Source of the DNA: a virus
Taxonomy: Duplodnaviria > Caudoviricetes
Length of the DNA: 51,157 bases
Reading direction: 5' to 3' (one strand)
IMG/VR virus record: IMGVR_UViG_3300028920_000091
Location: 1-51,157 of that record
Numbering within the stretch: the first letter of the stretch is position 1; each line of letters opens with the position of its first letter. This document shows positions 41,989-51,157 of this stretch, piece after piece. The notes under the pieces are model-generated. The model ran no database searches, was not told where the DNA came from, and saw only the letters and a program-made list of their open reading frames with translations. The position numbers were made by a program, and so were the translations under genes.

Positions 41989-42263
41989 TACTGCCTCCAG
42001 TAAGTATGAACTCCTATAGCTGTAAGGGCTGCCGTCAGGATTATCAAAATAATGGCCCATATCTTGCCGGTATGCGACTGAAGTTTCTCTACCTCCGCAC
42101 GCAAACCCGGCTTGCCGTTCCCAAATATGATGTCATGTATCATATCCTTAAAGGCTATGATGGCATCCATCTTTATTGAAATGCCCTCCTGCTTGACTTT
42201 TATATCGGATATTTCGTCAAACAGCCTACCCATCACTTCATCATGTTTGGAACACTTGTCCAT
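41988..42263 (-). CDS. Coiled-coil protein with C-terminal transmembrane helix (XhlA/holin-like)
   Basis: FGNGKPGL motif followed by IWAIILIILTAALTAIGV. Confidence 0.65.
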   Translation of the reverse strand: MDKCSKHDEVMGRLFDEISDIKVKQEGISIKMDAIIAFKDMIHDIIFGNGKPGLRAEVEKLQSHTGKIWAIILIILTAALTAIGVHTYWRQ

Positions 42264-42718
42264 TATTTTGGGTCCCTAAGCATCTCCACATTGGAAGCGG
42301 TAGGGTTCTGAGGCTCAAGTATCCTCTGTATCTGTTTCCACTTGAGGACATTTGCCTGCTGTGCCTTTTCCCACATGATGTTCTTCTGGATAGCTCCCGG
42401 ATACCTTGCCGGGTCACGCATCTCCGAGAAGCTGGGCATGTTCTTCCTTATTTCTTCAGCAAGCTTGTCAGCCTCTTTCTTCAGCTCGTCCTTCTTCTGG
42501 CCGGTAATCCTCGGAGGTGTTCCGTCCTTAATGGCCTGCTCCAGAAACCGGACTTCCCTTCTCATCCTACCAATGTCAATAGCGGCCTTGCCACGGGTTC
42601 CTTCACCCGCATTTTCCTCCTCAAGAATCTTGATATGGCTCTCTATCTCTGCCTTTTCTCCCATCAAGTCCCTGATTTGTGCCGCCGACAACACTTCCTT
42701 TTTCTTTGACCTTACCAT
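42263..42718 (-). CDS. Hypothetical protein
   Basis: AAGGAGGAG RBS, 151 aa. Confidence 0.8.
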   Translation of the reverse strand: MVRSKKKEVLSAAQIRDLMGEKAEIESHIKILEEENAGEGTRGKAAIDIGRMRREVRFLEQAIKDGTPPRITGQKKDELKKEADKLAEEIRKNMPSFSEMRDPARYPGAIQKNIMWEKAQQANVLKWKQIQRILEPQNPTASNVEMLRDPK

Positions 42719-42736
42719 GATACTCCTCCTTAAATG

Positions 42737-42758
42737 GGGGTGAAGTATCAGCCACCCC
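42737..42758 (-). terminator. Short GC hairpin, possible weak terminator
   Basis: GGGGTG/CACCCC stem followed by CATTTAA. Confidence 0.35.
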
Positions 42759-42767
42759 TATTGGTTG

Positions 42768-43058
42768 TTATACATAGAGATAAAGGTTGCCACCATCAAT
42801 GGTAGTAGCCACAAGCCCACGGTTGCCGTTGTATTCCAACGCCTGCGTGGTAGTCCACGGTGCCCCCTCAGTGGAAGCATCCCCAGCCTTACATCTCCAT
42901 ACCTCGTTTCCCAGACTGTCCGATAACACGACATCTTGGTCATCTGCACCCGCCGTGTAGGATATTTTCCTAAGCACATAAGGTTTGCCATGCTCAAAGA
43001 TGGTGTCACCCTCATCAGAATTGGTCAGGTGTATCGGATTTGTAGTTGTATCAGCCAT
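42768..43058 (-). CDS. Small structural-region protein
   Basis: GGGAGG RBS; beta-rich, 96 aa. Confidence 0.75.
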   Translation of the reverse strand: MADTTTNPIHLTNSDEGDTIFEHGKPYVLRKISYTAGADDQDVVLSDSLGNEVWRCKAGDASTEGAPWTTTQALEYNGNRGLVATTIDGGNLYLYV

Positions 43059-43072
43059 CTTTCCTCCCGTTA

Positions 43073-43853
<781 letters not shown>

Positions 43854-43884
43854 CGTTCTCTCCTTGTTTTCAGAGTCGCCTCCA

Positions 43885-43907
43885 GCGGGGGGCAACACAC
43901 CCCCCGC
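43885..43907 (-). other. GC hairpin downstream of the major capsid gene
   Basis: gcgggggg/ccccccgc stem with a 7-nt loop. Confidence 0.5.
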
Positions 43908-43921
43908 CAAAAACAAGCAAT

Positions 43922-44818
43922 TTACGAAACATTGGCACCGTAAACCCATGTCCAGCTTGAGAAACCATAGCTGTAACGGGTGTATACGGACCACTTGCTG
44001 ACATAGGTATCAAAGTCCTTGTCCTTGTTGAACTCGGTCGGTATCCTGTCAAACCACTTCAGGAACATCTTTGAATACCTGCTGTCTATGAGGAACCAGT
44101 TGTTGGTATCGCTCAGGTAATCCCAAACGATAACATTATAGCGGCCCTTCCAGAAGTTGGCAGTGTTGTCCGAACTGTCAACGACCTTATCGGAAGCCAT
44201 AAGTTCCCATGCCGTCTGTTCCAGTTCCGGCGGGACCAGCAATGTGTCGCCCATCGCAGTGCAGAGGTTATCCGTCTCGTCAAGATAATCCCTCATGGCC
44301 AGCCTTGCGGTAGCCAGAGAGGTCTTGGACAGGGCCGTAGTCCCTATGTTGCTCTGGGTTGTGGCAGTGCCGACCCAAGTGTGGCCCGAGGCACACAGAG
44401 CTTGGGAGTCACCACCAGCGAACACACTGGTATTAAACGCACTGTTGAACACAGACGCAGCATGCTTTTCCCGTGTGCGTTTTGCCGAGACAGCAAGCTG
44501 CTGAGGTCTGCGGTTTATGATGCTGTAAAGGTCATCATCCACCAGCTTCCTCTCTATTTTCATACCCTTCACCCACTCCTTGTGGGTATAGGATATGCGA
44601 TACTGACCTTCAAAGTCCGTGTAGGGAATTGTCCCCGTGAACTCCTCAAGGTCACCTATTCCGCCTATGGCATAGTCGTATTCAACGGCTTTACCAGAGG
44701 TTTCCACGCCGTAGAGTTTCTCTGACTGCGTGTCGGGTAGGCTGTATTCGTCAAGGAATATCTTTCTCAGACCGGGGTCTAAGAGATACCCAAAGTTTTC
44801 TGACGCTACAATACCCAT
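43922..44818 (-). CDS. Major capsid protein (Mu gpT-like, HK97 fold)
   Basis: 298 aa; [30 protein letters not shown] and RYSYGFSSW motifs; GGAGGTGA RBS; position after the scaffold. Confidence 0.88.
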   Translation of the reverse strand: MGIVASENFGYLLDPGLRKIFLDEYSLPDTQSEKLYGVETSGKAVEYDYAIGGIGDLEEFTGTIPYTDFEGQYRISYTHKEWVKGMKIERKLVDDDLYSIINRRPQQLAVSAKRTREKHAASVFNSAFNTSVFAGGDSQALCASGHTWVGTATTQSNIGTTALSKTSLATARLAMRDYLDETDNLCTAMGDTLLVPPELEQTAWELMASDKVVDSSDNTANFWKGRYNVIVWDYLSDTNNWFLIDSRYSKMFLKWFDRIPTEFNKDKDFDTYVSKWSVYTRYSYGFSSWTWVYGANVS

Positions 44819-44840
44819 TGTGTATCACCTCCTCGGATGT

Positions 44841-45623
44841 TTACGATTCCTGCACGCCGAACACATGGTCCTTAAGCATTATCTTGTAATAAAACTTAGG
44901 ACCGTTTCCACCCTTCACCTTATCAAGGTTGTTAAGCCCCTTGTGGATACCGGGTTTCATCGGCTCCAGACCTTGGTCCCTGTCTATAAAGGTCTCCAAG
45001 ATGCGGATGTTCGTGGCAGCTTTGAGCTGAGTCTGACAGTCCCCGGATGCTACAACCTTTGCAGCAGCGGTAAGCGGCAGTGAATACTGCCCGGGAGCCG
45101 CAATAACAACCACGGTATCAGACCCGCCGCCGGTTGTCACTAAGGCACTGTCCATGGTGCAAGAACCACTCGCTGAGGCCGTTATAAGCCTCAAACTACC
45201 CTTGACACCGACCTGAGTGAGCGGGAAATAGACCCAGTTGAAGTCTATGTTGTCCTGCAAGCTCGGAACGGTCAGCGTCGTGGTAGATGTGCTGGTTATC
45301 GCAACATCGTCAGCCGCAGCCAGAGAGTGTTCTACCTTGTATATGGCAAACGGGTTGATGATTATCTTCCCATACTGCCCGCCGGAACCCGTAGCCGTAT
45401 CCGGGGTAGTCCCACCCGACTCGTATGTCTTCTCGTTCAGGATACCTATGGCATTTATGGCCTGATTGGCCGCCGTGGCGTTATACGCCGTGACGAACCT
45501 GCCCGGTTCCGTGGCCGTGGTATCCAGCATGAGAAGCTCACCGTAGTCAAGGTTAGCCGCATCATATACCAGATAGTCTCTGACTATCGCTTCGTGTGAA
45601 TAGAAGTCATAACTATACTTCAT
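44841..45623 (-). CDS. Capsid-associated (decoration/cement) protein
   Basis: Beta-rich protein immediately upstream of the MCP. Confidence 0.6.
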   Translation of the reverse strand: MKYSYDFYSHEAIVRDYLVYDAANLDYGELLMLDTTATEPGRFVTAYNATAANQAINAIGILNEKTYESGGTTPDTATGSGGQYGKIIINPFAIYKVEHSLAAADDVAITSTSTTTLTVPSLQDNIDFNWVYFPLTQVGVKGSLRLITASASGSCTMDSALVTTGGGSDTVVVIAAPGQYSLPLTAAAKVVASGDCQTQLKAATNIRILETFIDRDQGLEPMKPGIHKGLNNLDKVKGGNGPKFYYKIMLKDHVFGVQES

Positions 45624-45633
45624 TGTTTCCTCC

Positions 45634-45918
45634 TTATCGTTTACTCCCCCCGGTTTGTTCTATAATGTCCCTGAACTTACCGGCATGCTTGCCACCATTG
45701 GCAAGTGGAGCATACGGATGCATGTCAGGCCGGCCTGATATGTCGTATTGAAAAGGCACACCGCATTTCCTGCAACGATACCGCAGTCGTGTGGGGCCTA
45801 TGTTCTCCACGAACCTTATGGCCTTGCTCTGGCATGTAGGGCAAATCAGTTCGCCCCTATATGCTCCCGGATTTATCCCCTTCTTGAGGATATTTCCATT
45901 GGTTATTATCTCGGTCAT
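45634..45918 (-). CDS. Zinc-ribbon protein
   Basis: CPTC...YRCRKC. Confidence 0.72.
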   Translation of the reverse strand: MTEIITNGNILKKGINPGAYRGELICPTCQSKAIRFVENIGPTRLRYRCRKCGVPFQYDISGRPDMHPYAPLANGGKHAGKFRDIIEQTGGSKR

Positions 45919-46715
45919 TTCTGCCTCCTTGACTTATGCTTCTTGTAGTCCTCCGGCTTTACACCCATGACCATAGCCGCAGCCTGCTCCTGCTGGCTGA
46001 GTGGCTCGTCATCGGATGTTGCCTGTGCGGATGGCGTATAAGTCCCTTGGAGACCCTGCACTTGTTCACCCTTCTGGATTTTAGACAACACTTCCTGCTG
46101 TGCCTGCTGGGTAAGAGCCTCAACCTTCTGACCTTTGACAAGGTAGTAAGCCATGTCAACGATACCCGGCTGTGTCCTCTGTGCCGGCGGCAACGCCCGG
46201 ACATAGTTGTCTATCTCGGTAGCATAAGTAGGATAGTCCTTGTATTTACCCATGGCCTGTGCCTTTTGCCCGTCCACAGCACGCTGCATACCATCGTAGT
46301 GCTGTATCCCGTTCTCTATCATCCATGCCGTAGCCTGCATTGGGTCTTGCTCCCATAGCTGTGCAGCCTGTTGCATAAGGTTCTGCTGAGGCTGCTGAAA
46401 GCTCTGTGCCGGATAATAGTTCTGGGCTGGCGGTATCTGCATAGGCGGTTGGCCATATACCTGCTGTTGTCCCATCCTACTCTGCACCTCCTGCACCAAC
46501 TGGGTGAGGTTCTGCACTTGGTCTCTAAGTTCCTTAGCTTTTGCCCTTTCTTCCTGCAAAGCGGTCAAAGGAACCATTTGCCCCTGTTGTTGCCCAGCTT
46601 GGGCCTGCTGGGAAGCAGCCTGTTGCTGACCCTCTTGGGCCTGCTGGCCGGCTGCGGCCTGTTCGTTTGCAGGGGCTGCCGAACCCTGCTGATTATTTAC
46701 GGCGGCTTGTGTCAT
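45915..46715 (-). CDS. Capsid scaffolding protein
   Basis: Gln/Ala-rich, VPLTALQEERAK coiled coil, C-terminal MGVKPEDYKK; between portal and MCP. Confidence 0.72.
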   Translation of the reverse strand: MTQAAVNNQQGSAAPANEQAAAGQQAQEGQQQAASQQAQAGQQQGQMVPLTALQEERAKAKELRDQVQNLTQLVQEVQSRMGQQQVYGQPPMQIPPAQNYYPAQSFQQPQQNLMQQAAQLWEQDPMQATAWMIENGIQHYDGMQRAVDGQKAQAMGKYKDYPTYATEIDNYVRALPPAQRTQPGIVDMAYYLVKGQKVEALTQQAQQEVLSKIQKGEQVQGLQGTYTPSAQATSDDEPLSQQEQAAAMVMGVKPEDYKKHKSRRQK

Positions 46716-46770
46716 GTTATGACCTCCATTTACCATGGCTGTTACGGACAACCACGAAACCGATGCAGCG

Positions 46771-46986
46771 TTATGCTGCCTCCCTGTCCATTACATCCTG
46801 AGGGAGATGTTTTAAAGCTTCAAGGGCCTGTATCTCTGCCTGTTTGACCTCAAGGTCCTCTTTCTTGACATATCTCAATGTCTTTTCCATCTGTGTGATA
46901 CGGAAGTCTATCTCACCGCACACATCCTCCCACATTGAGCTGGCTGCTATTTCTTCTGCCCTGTCAGGTTTCAAAGGTTTGCTCAT
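46771..46986 (-). CDS. Small post-portal protein
   Basis: 71-aa helical ORF coupled to the portal gene. Confidence 0.7.
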   Translation of the reverse strand: MSKPLKPDRAEEIAASSMWEDVCGEIDFRITQMEKTLRYVKKEDLEVKQAEIQALEALKHLPQDVMDREAA

Positions 46987-48728
46987 CTTGGCATCGGCCC
47001 CATTATTTCCTGTTTAATCTGTGTCGGGTTGGCCCCTTCGGCCATCCTCTGTCTTATCGCCTGCTGCTCCTGTGGGCTTAACTGGCCCGGTTGGACCATG
47101 GGCTGTGCCACAGTAAGCTTCGGTATATCCTTGAACCCGAACAGTTCGGCTATACGCCTGTTGATTTCCTGCCTGTTCACTGTCGGGTCATTTGCTGTAA
47201 CCTCTTTGTATCTAAGGAGTTGCCCCACCTGAACCTCCTTGGCCATGGTCTCAGAGATACCTGTTGGTATAAAGTAGACCTTAGCGTCTATATCCTGCGG
47301 CGTGAGAAGCACGGGAACCTGAACCCCGTCGTCCCCGACTATGGTTATCCACTCCTCTACCGTCATAAACTGTTTCATGTTCTGGAAATAGAACATCGCA
47401 AGCTGTTGGATAAAGTCTGTCTCCAGCTTACGCAACACCGGACGGAACCGTGTGCCGGCCGCACCCTGCAATAGCTGGATACCCATGGCCGTCCTGTGTT
47501 CGGCACCCTGCTCCGGCATGAGGTGTGCGGTTGCACCCGTCGCTTCCCGGAAGTCCTGCTTTGCCAACGCTTCTTCCTCGTAGGCACTCTTGGTCACATC
47601 GGGCGTATCCATCCACCGGATGCTCTGCGTAGTGTCAGACACCTTATGCCATTGACCCGGGCGTGATACCTGAAGCTTCCGGATGTTGATTAAGGGGTCG
47701 TTGCCGTTATAAAAACCCTGCTTGTTAAGCACAAGGTCTACATTGTCAAGCCGTTGGTTTACGGTCTTGTTAAGCCTGTCGTTAGTAGAAGCCCCGACTT
47801 TGCCAACACCTATCCCAAACCAGTTCGGTTTCTTGTCTTCAAAGAGTTTTAACCGGCAAAAAGGCTCCATCTGATGGTTAAACGGGTTCGGAACGCCTCT
47901 TATCTTAATAGACCTGTTGACTATGATAATCCAGTAAGGAACGCCCATATTCTGCTTTGTCCGGCCGTTTTCGTCCTTATAGTCCTCGTTCCACGGCCCC
48001 CAATACTCCAGAAGCTCATACTGCTCACCCTGCTTCAGGTCAGCTTCCAGCAGGTCAGCCGGCAACGGAGAGTCCAAGGCGGCCTGCAGGTCCTTGGTCT
48101 CAAAGAAAGGGTTATCCTTAAGACGCTTAAGATACTCGGAATCCACCAGACGCTGCCTTATGATAGGCAGGCCGTCCCCTATCTCCAGCTTGGCAGGATG
48201 CGGATACATCTCAAAGAAGTCCACATACTGGCATCCGGGCCTGTTCTCCAGTATGGTCTGATACCGGTTGCCGTCATTGTCCAGTTGCCATGCCTTCTTG
48301 ACATACCATGTGGCCTCAAGGTATCCCGTCCCGAACAGCGTAGTCTGGCCCAAGGCCGGTATAGCCTGACCCTGCACATCAGATACCCTGAAATAATGCT
48401 GTATTGACCCCTTGATGACGATACCCTGCTGGGGGGTAGCCTGACCCTCCACATGGCAGTCTATGGGTGCATCGTTGGGGAAAAGGGCCGTAAAGAGCCT
48501 CGGCGAAATGGTCTGCTCCGCCTCTACCATGACAGGCACGGCAACTTGGTTCTGCCAGTCCTGCTCCCGGGAGGGGGGCTTACAGCTCCAAAGGTCATAC
48601 GCCTTCTTGGCCTCCTCAAACTCCTTATGCCAATGCTTCTTATAACGCTCAAACTCAGCGGCCACATACTTGGTCATAGGGTCTTGAATATTGTTCTTTA
48701 TGGTCTTGGTCGTCTTTTTTGTAGCCAT
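46983..48728 (-). CDS. Portal protein
   Basis: 581 aa after TerL; LFGTGY, LLEYWG, NQRLDNV and TAMGIQLL motifs of podovirus-type portals. Confidence 0.88.
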   Translation of the reverse strand: MATKKTTKTIKNNIQDPMTKYVAAEFERYKKHWHKEFEEAKKAYDLWSCKPPSREQDWQNQVAVPVMVEAEQTISPRLFTALFPNDAPIDCHVEGQATPQQGIVIKGSIQHYFRVSDVQGQAIPALGQTTLFGTGYLEATWYVKKAWQLDNDGNRYQTILENRPGCQYVDFFEMYPHPAKLEIGDGLPIIRQRLVDSEYLKRLKDNPFFETKDLQAALDSPLPADLLEADLKQGEQYELLEYWGPWNEDYKDENGRTKQNMGVPYWIIIVNRSIKIRGVPNPFNHQMEPFCRLKLFEDKKPNWFGIGVGKVGASTNDRLNKTVNQRLDNVDLVLNKQGFYNGNDPLINIRKLQVSRPGQWHKVSDTTQSIRWMDTPDVTKSAYEEEALAKQDFREATGATAHLMPEQGAEHRTAMGIQLLQGAAGTRFRPVLRKLETDFIQQLAMFYFQNMKQFMTVEEWITIVGDDGVQVPVLLTPQDIDAKVYFIPTGISETMAKEVQVGQLLRYKEVTANDPTVNRQEINRRIAELFGFKDIPKLTVAQPMVQPGQLSPQEQQAIRQRMAEGANPTQIKQEIMGPMPR

Positions 48729-48913
48729 TATGCCTTCCTCTTACGATAGGACCGCTTAGGGCCATCATACATGCCGGACGGATGTTTAGGGGGCTGACCT
48801 GTCTTTAAAGCAAGTCCTGTTTTTGATTGAGCTATCTTGGCCGCATCCGCAGGAGTCTTACCTTCCCGCAAAAGGGCGTGATACATCTTATCAACTCTTG
48901 TTCCAGTAGGCAT
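48728..48913 (-). CDS. Small basic protein
   Basis: ORF between TerL and portal (MPTGTRVDKMYHAL...AAKIAQSKTG). Confidence 0.7.
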   Translation of the reverse strand: MPTGTRVDKMYHALLREGKTPADAAKIAQSKTGLALKTGQPPKHPSGMYDGPKRSYRKRKA

Positions 48914-48924
48914 AGCCAGCCCCC

Positions 48925-50463
48925 CTAAAAGTTTCCAGCCTTCCGCTCCACAAGGTCATGGTAGTTCGTGCCGCCTTGGCCCTTATAGACCGTGGTGGGA
49001 TGCTTGGTATACTCCCCCTTGTATACCAGCTCACCCTCCTCGTTCTCCTTGGGATTGTGGAAATGCGGGTCAGCGTTCATAATATACTTCAAACAGTCCA
49101 TAAAGTGGTCGTTCTTCTTCTTGGGCCGCTGTTTCGGGTCCAAGTCGTCACTCCCACGCCTGTATTCGTCCCAGATATAATGTGTAAACTCATAAATAGT
49201 CTGTTCACAGTTCCTCATCACCCTCAGAAGCGGGATTTCCATGCCGGCCGTGGTCTCAAACTTGGGTAACAGGGCTTGTTTGATGCGGTTACGGCCCAAA
49301 TCCGGGTCCGTGTTGGCCCGGGAGGTGAATATCCCATACCTCATAAGCTCTTTACGGGTATTAAACCCGCCCGCCAACTCATTATCCTTGTCCATCGCAG
49401 GGTCTATGAAGCGTATCAGAGGCACTCCAGACTGTTCTTGTGCGTGAATTGCATGTGCGATTTGCTCCAGATTCATGCTATCAAGCCAAAGCTCGTCATA
49501 AATCCAGAGTTTACCATGCGGGTCCGCTGCGAGCCAAAGACATGCGGTTGGCGTGCGGGGGTGAGGGTCAATACAAAAATACTTCGTCCAGTGCTTGGGT
49601 ATCTGGAAAGGCTCTATTATGTGCATGGACGGGTTGAACTCTTTATATATCAAACCTGTAAGGTGTAGAAATCTACCGTGGATACGGGCTTCTTTTTCCT
49701 CGGGTGTGAGTGAGGCTTCAAAGTCCTTGATGGCATCTTCCGAGAGGTGTGGGTTATCTCGGATGTCAGTTGTGACCACGAATACATTTGGGTCGTTGGA
49801 GTTATAGATGTCATCGTATATCCACGGCTGCGTGAGAGGAGTGAGCGTAAGCCAAGCTCTCCCTCGGAAATCAACAAGGCCACGGAGCGTGGCTATCCAC
49901 TTATCACGGGGTATAGGCTCATCAGCCCAGAATATGTGGCCCCTCCAGCCCTCGTATTGCTCCGTAGACTGCTCGTAAGTCAATATATCAAAAGAACTAC
50001 CGTTCTTTAACTCGTATTTTACCGGCACCCCTATGGGGTTGCGGGTTATTTTCTTGATAAGGGCCGGGTCCAGCCACTCGTTGAGGAAGGGTATGATGAC
50101 ACCACCGGCCGCCTTTTGAAAGTCTTTACAGGCTATTCTCCCTATGACGGGGCCTTGGAACCGCATATCCTCCGGATACCACTCAGGATACATGCCGGTC
50201 ACATGGAAAAGGAACTCCTCGCCCCCGCAGGTAGTCTTACCCGACCTGTTCCCGCCAAATATGGCCCGGATGTTGGCTTTGGACAGATGGAACTCAAGTT
50301 GCTTGGGATGTGGCTCGTAATACAGAAGACGCTTAGTCTTTCGCCAGCGGACCTCCAAGTCCATCAGCGTCAGGTAGTTCTCCTGTTCCACTCGTCCCAG
50401 TGCCTTGAACTCCTCCTCCGTCAAGTGCATGTCTTGCAATGGCACTAAGTCGTCTAAACTCAT
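48925..50463 (-). CDS. terL: Terminase large subunit
   Basis: PHPKQLEFH, GGNRSGKT, WADEP, TLTP, nuclease CIDPH and NDHFMDCLKY; GAGGAG RBS before ATG 50463. Confidence 0.95.
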   Translation of the reverse strand: MSLDDLVPLQDMHLTEEEFKALGRVEQENYLTLMDLEVRWRKTKRLLYYEPHPKQLEFHLSKANIRAIFGGNRSGKTTCGGEEFLFHVTGMYPEWYPEDMRFQGPVIGRIACKDFQKAAGGVIIPFLNEWLDPALIKKITRNPIGVPVKYELKNGSSFDILTYEQSTEQYEGWRGHIFWADEPIPRDKWIATLRGLVDFRGRAWLTLTPLTQPWIYDDIYNSNDPNVFVVTTDIRDNPHLSEDAIKDFEASLTPEEKEARIHGRFLHLTGLIYKEFNPSMHIIEPFQIPKHWTKYFCIDPHPRTPTACLWLAADPHGKLWIYDELWLDSMNLEQIAHAIHAQEQSGVPLIRFIDPAMDKDNELAGGFNTRKELMRYGIFTSRANTDPDLGRNRIKQALLPKFETTAGMEIPLLRVMRNCEQTIYEFTHYIWDEYRRGSDDLDPKQRPKKKNDHFMDCLKYIMNADPHFHNPKENEEGELVYKGEYTKHPTTVYKGQGGTNYHDLVERKAGNF

Positions 50464-50887
50464 ATACAAGCTCCTCGGGAGTGTGACTTTTATATATGGA
50501 CACCTGTTGGTTAAACTCCACTGTTGGCGAAGATTTAGCCAGTGTGTTCATTATCCGGGTAACCTCACGGCTACCTTCAGCATCTAACTTTCCATTACTT
50601 TTAAGGTAAGCCAGACGCTCATTTATCATTTTCAGGGCTTTTGCTTTGGAATCCTTGGTAAGGTGCCGTATCTTCTCGGTATTCTTGAGGGTTATCTTTT
50701 CCAGCTCACTATGGAATATGGCGGCTATTTCACCCATTTTCTGGGTGTTGCCTTCGTAAAGGTCATACATAGCATCTACGGAGATGTCGCATGCCTTGGC
50801 TACTTCCTTGATAGAGAGGCTACCTTCGGAGAGTAACTCTAACGCTTTCCAGTGTTTTGGCTGGAGACCTGCTGATTTTCTTCCCAA
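50333..50887 (-). CDS. terS: Terminase small subunit (N-terminal HTH)
   Basis: LSIKEVAKACDISVDAMYDL HTH; directly upstream of TerL. Confidence 0.7.
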   Translation of the reverse strand: MGRKSAGLQPKHWKALELLSEGSLSIKEVAKACDISVDAMYDLYEGNTQKMGEIAAIFHSELEKITLKNTEKIRHLTKDSKAKALKMINERLAYLKSNGKLDAEGSREVTRIMNTLAKSSPTVEFNQQVSIYKSHTPEELVYEFRRLSAIARHALDGGGVQGTGTSGTGELPDADGLGGPLAKD

Positions 50888-51018
50888 CCGCTCGCCCTCC
50901 TGTCTTCAAAATGCACACCACAGCCCTTGCATATCCAATAAAAAGGGGTCATCATGCCCTCCCGCTTACAGCGTGGTGCCTTATAGAACTCCTTGCTATA
51001 GCATACGGGACACTCCAT
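50839..51018 (-). CDS. Zinc-ribbon protein, first gene of the late operon
   Basis: MECPVC...WICKGCG; AAGGAGG RBS. Confidence 0.65.
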   Translation of the reverse strand: MECPVCYSKEFYKAPRCKREGMMTPFYWICKGCGVHFEDRRASGWEENQQVSSQNTGKR

Positions 51019-51035
51019 GACCCCTCCTTTTATAT

Positions 51036-51070
51036 AAAAAAAGAGACGACGCTCCCTAAGCACCGTCTCT
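51036..51070 (-). terminator. Intrinsic terminator in the late-operon leader
   Basis: AGAGACGGTGC/GCGTCGTCTCT 11-bp stem followed by a T-tract. Confidence 0.75.
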
Positions 51071-51086
51071 ATTGTATTCCGCTTAA

Positions 51087-51114
51087 AGTATAACACAATA
51101 TATACCATTGTCAA
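51087..51114 (-). promoter_or_regulatory. Strong sigma70-type promoter of the late operon
   Basis: TTGACA-16 nt-TATACT with extended -10 TG. Confidence 0.82.
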
Positions 51115-51157
51115 GCTGTTAAGAAAAGAAATTGGGGGGCTACACACATGCCAAGGG

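Overview
This window looks like a complete or nearly complete ~51 kb genome of a tailed dsDNA bacteriophage. A short-tailed (podovirus-like) morphology is likely, because it has adaptor, nozzle and ejection genes but no tape measure or tail tube. It has three blocks. (1) A + strand early block (194-9019) of small ORFs plus a SWIM zinc finger, SpoVG, ATP-dependent DNA ligase, MoxR/CobS-like AAA+ ATPase, vWA/HExxH partner and a probable divergent Ku. (2) A - strand replication/recombination block (16837-8994) driven by a sigma70-type promoter: PD-(D/E)xK exonuclease, Sak4-like ATPase, SSB, replication initiator, TylF methyltransferase, HNH, GroES and resolvase. (3) A - strand late block (51018-16887): TerS, TerL, portal, scaffold, capsid proteins, Thr-rich collagen fibres, a glycosyltransferase/methyltransferase cluster, LamG proteins, adaptor, nozzle, ejection proteins including a 2579-aa protein, small membrane proteins and a sulfotransferase. 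I recognised no integrase, repressor, DNA polymerase, helicase, endolysin, tRNA or CRISPR array. The most notable observations are: an 83-aa protein whose N-terminus copies the N-terminus of the phage's own major capsid protein; a candidate virion glycosylation/methylation/sulfation system acting on Gly-X-Thr fibres; a promoter-pause-terminator leader in front of the late operon with no recognisable Q; a Ku plus ligase pair; and apparent genome-wide loss of six 4-bp palindromes. All functional calls come from motif recognition by eye. No database searches were run.
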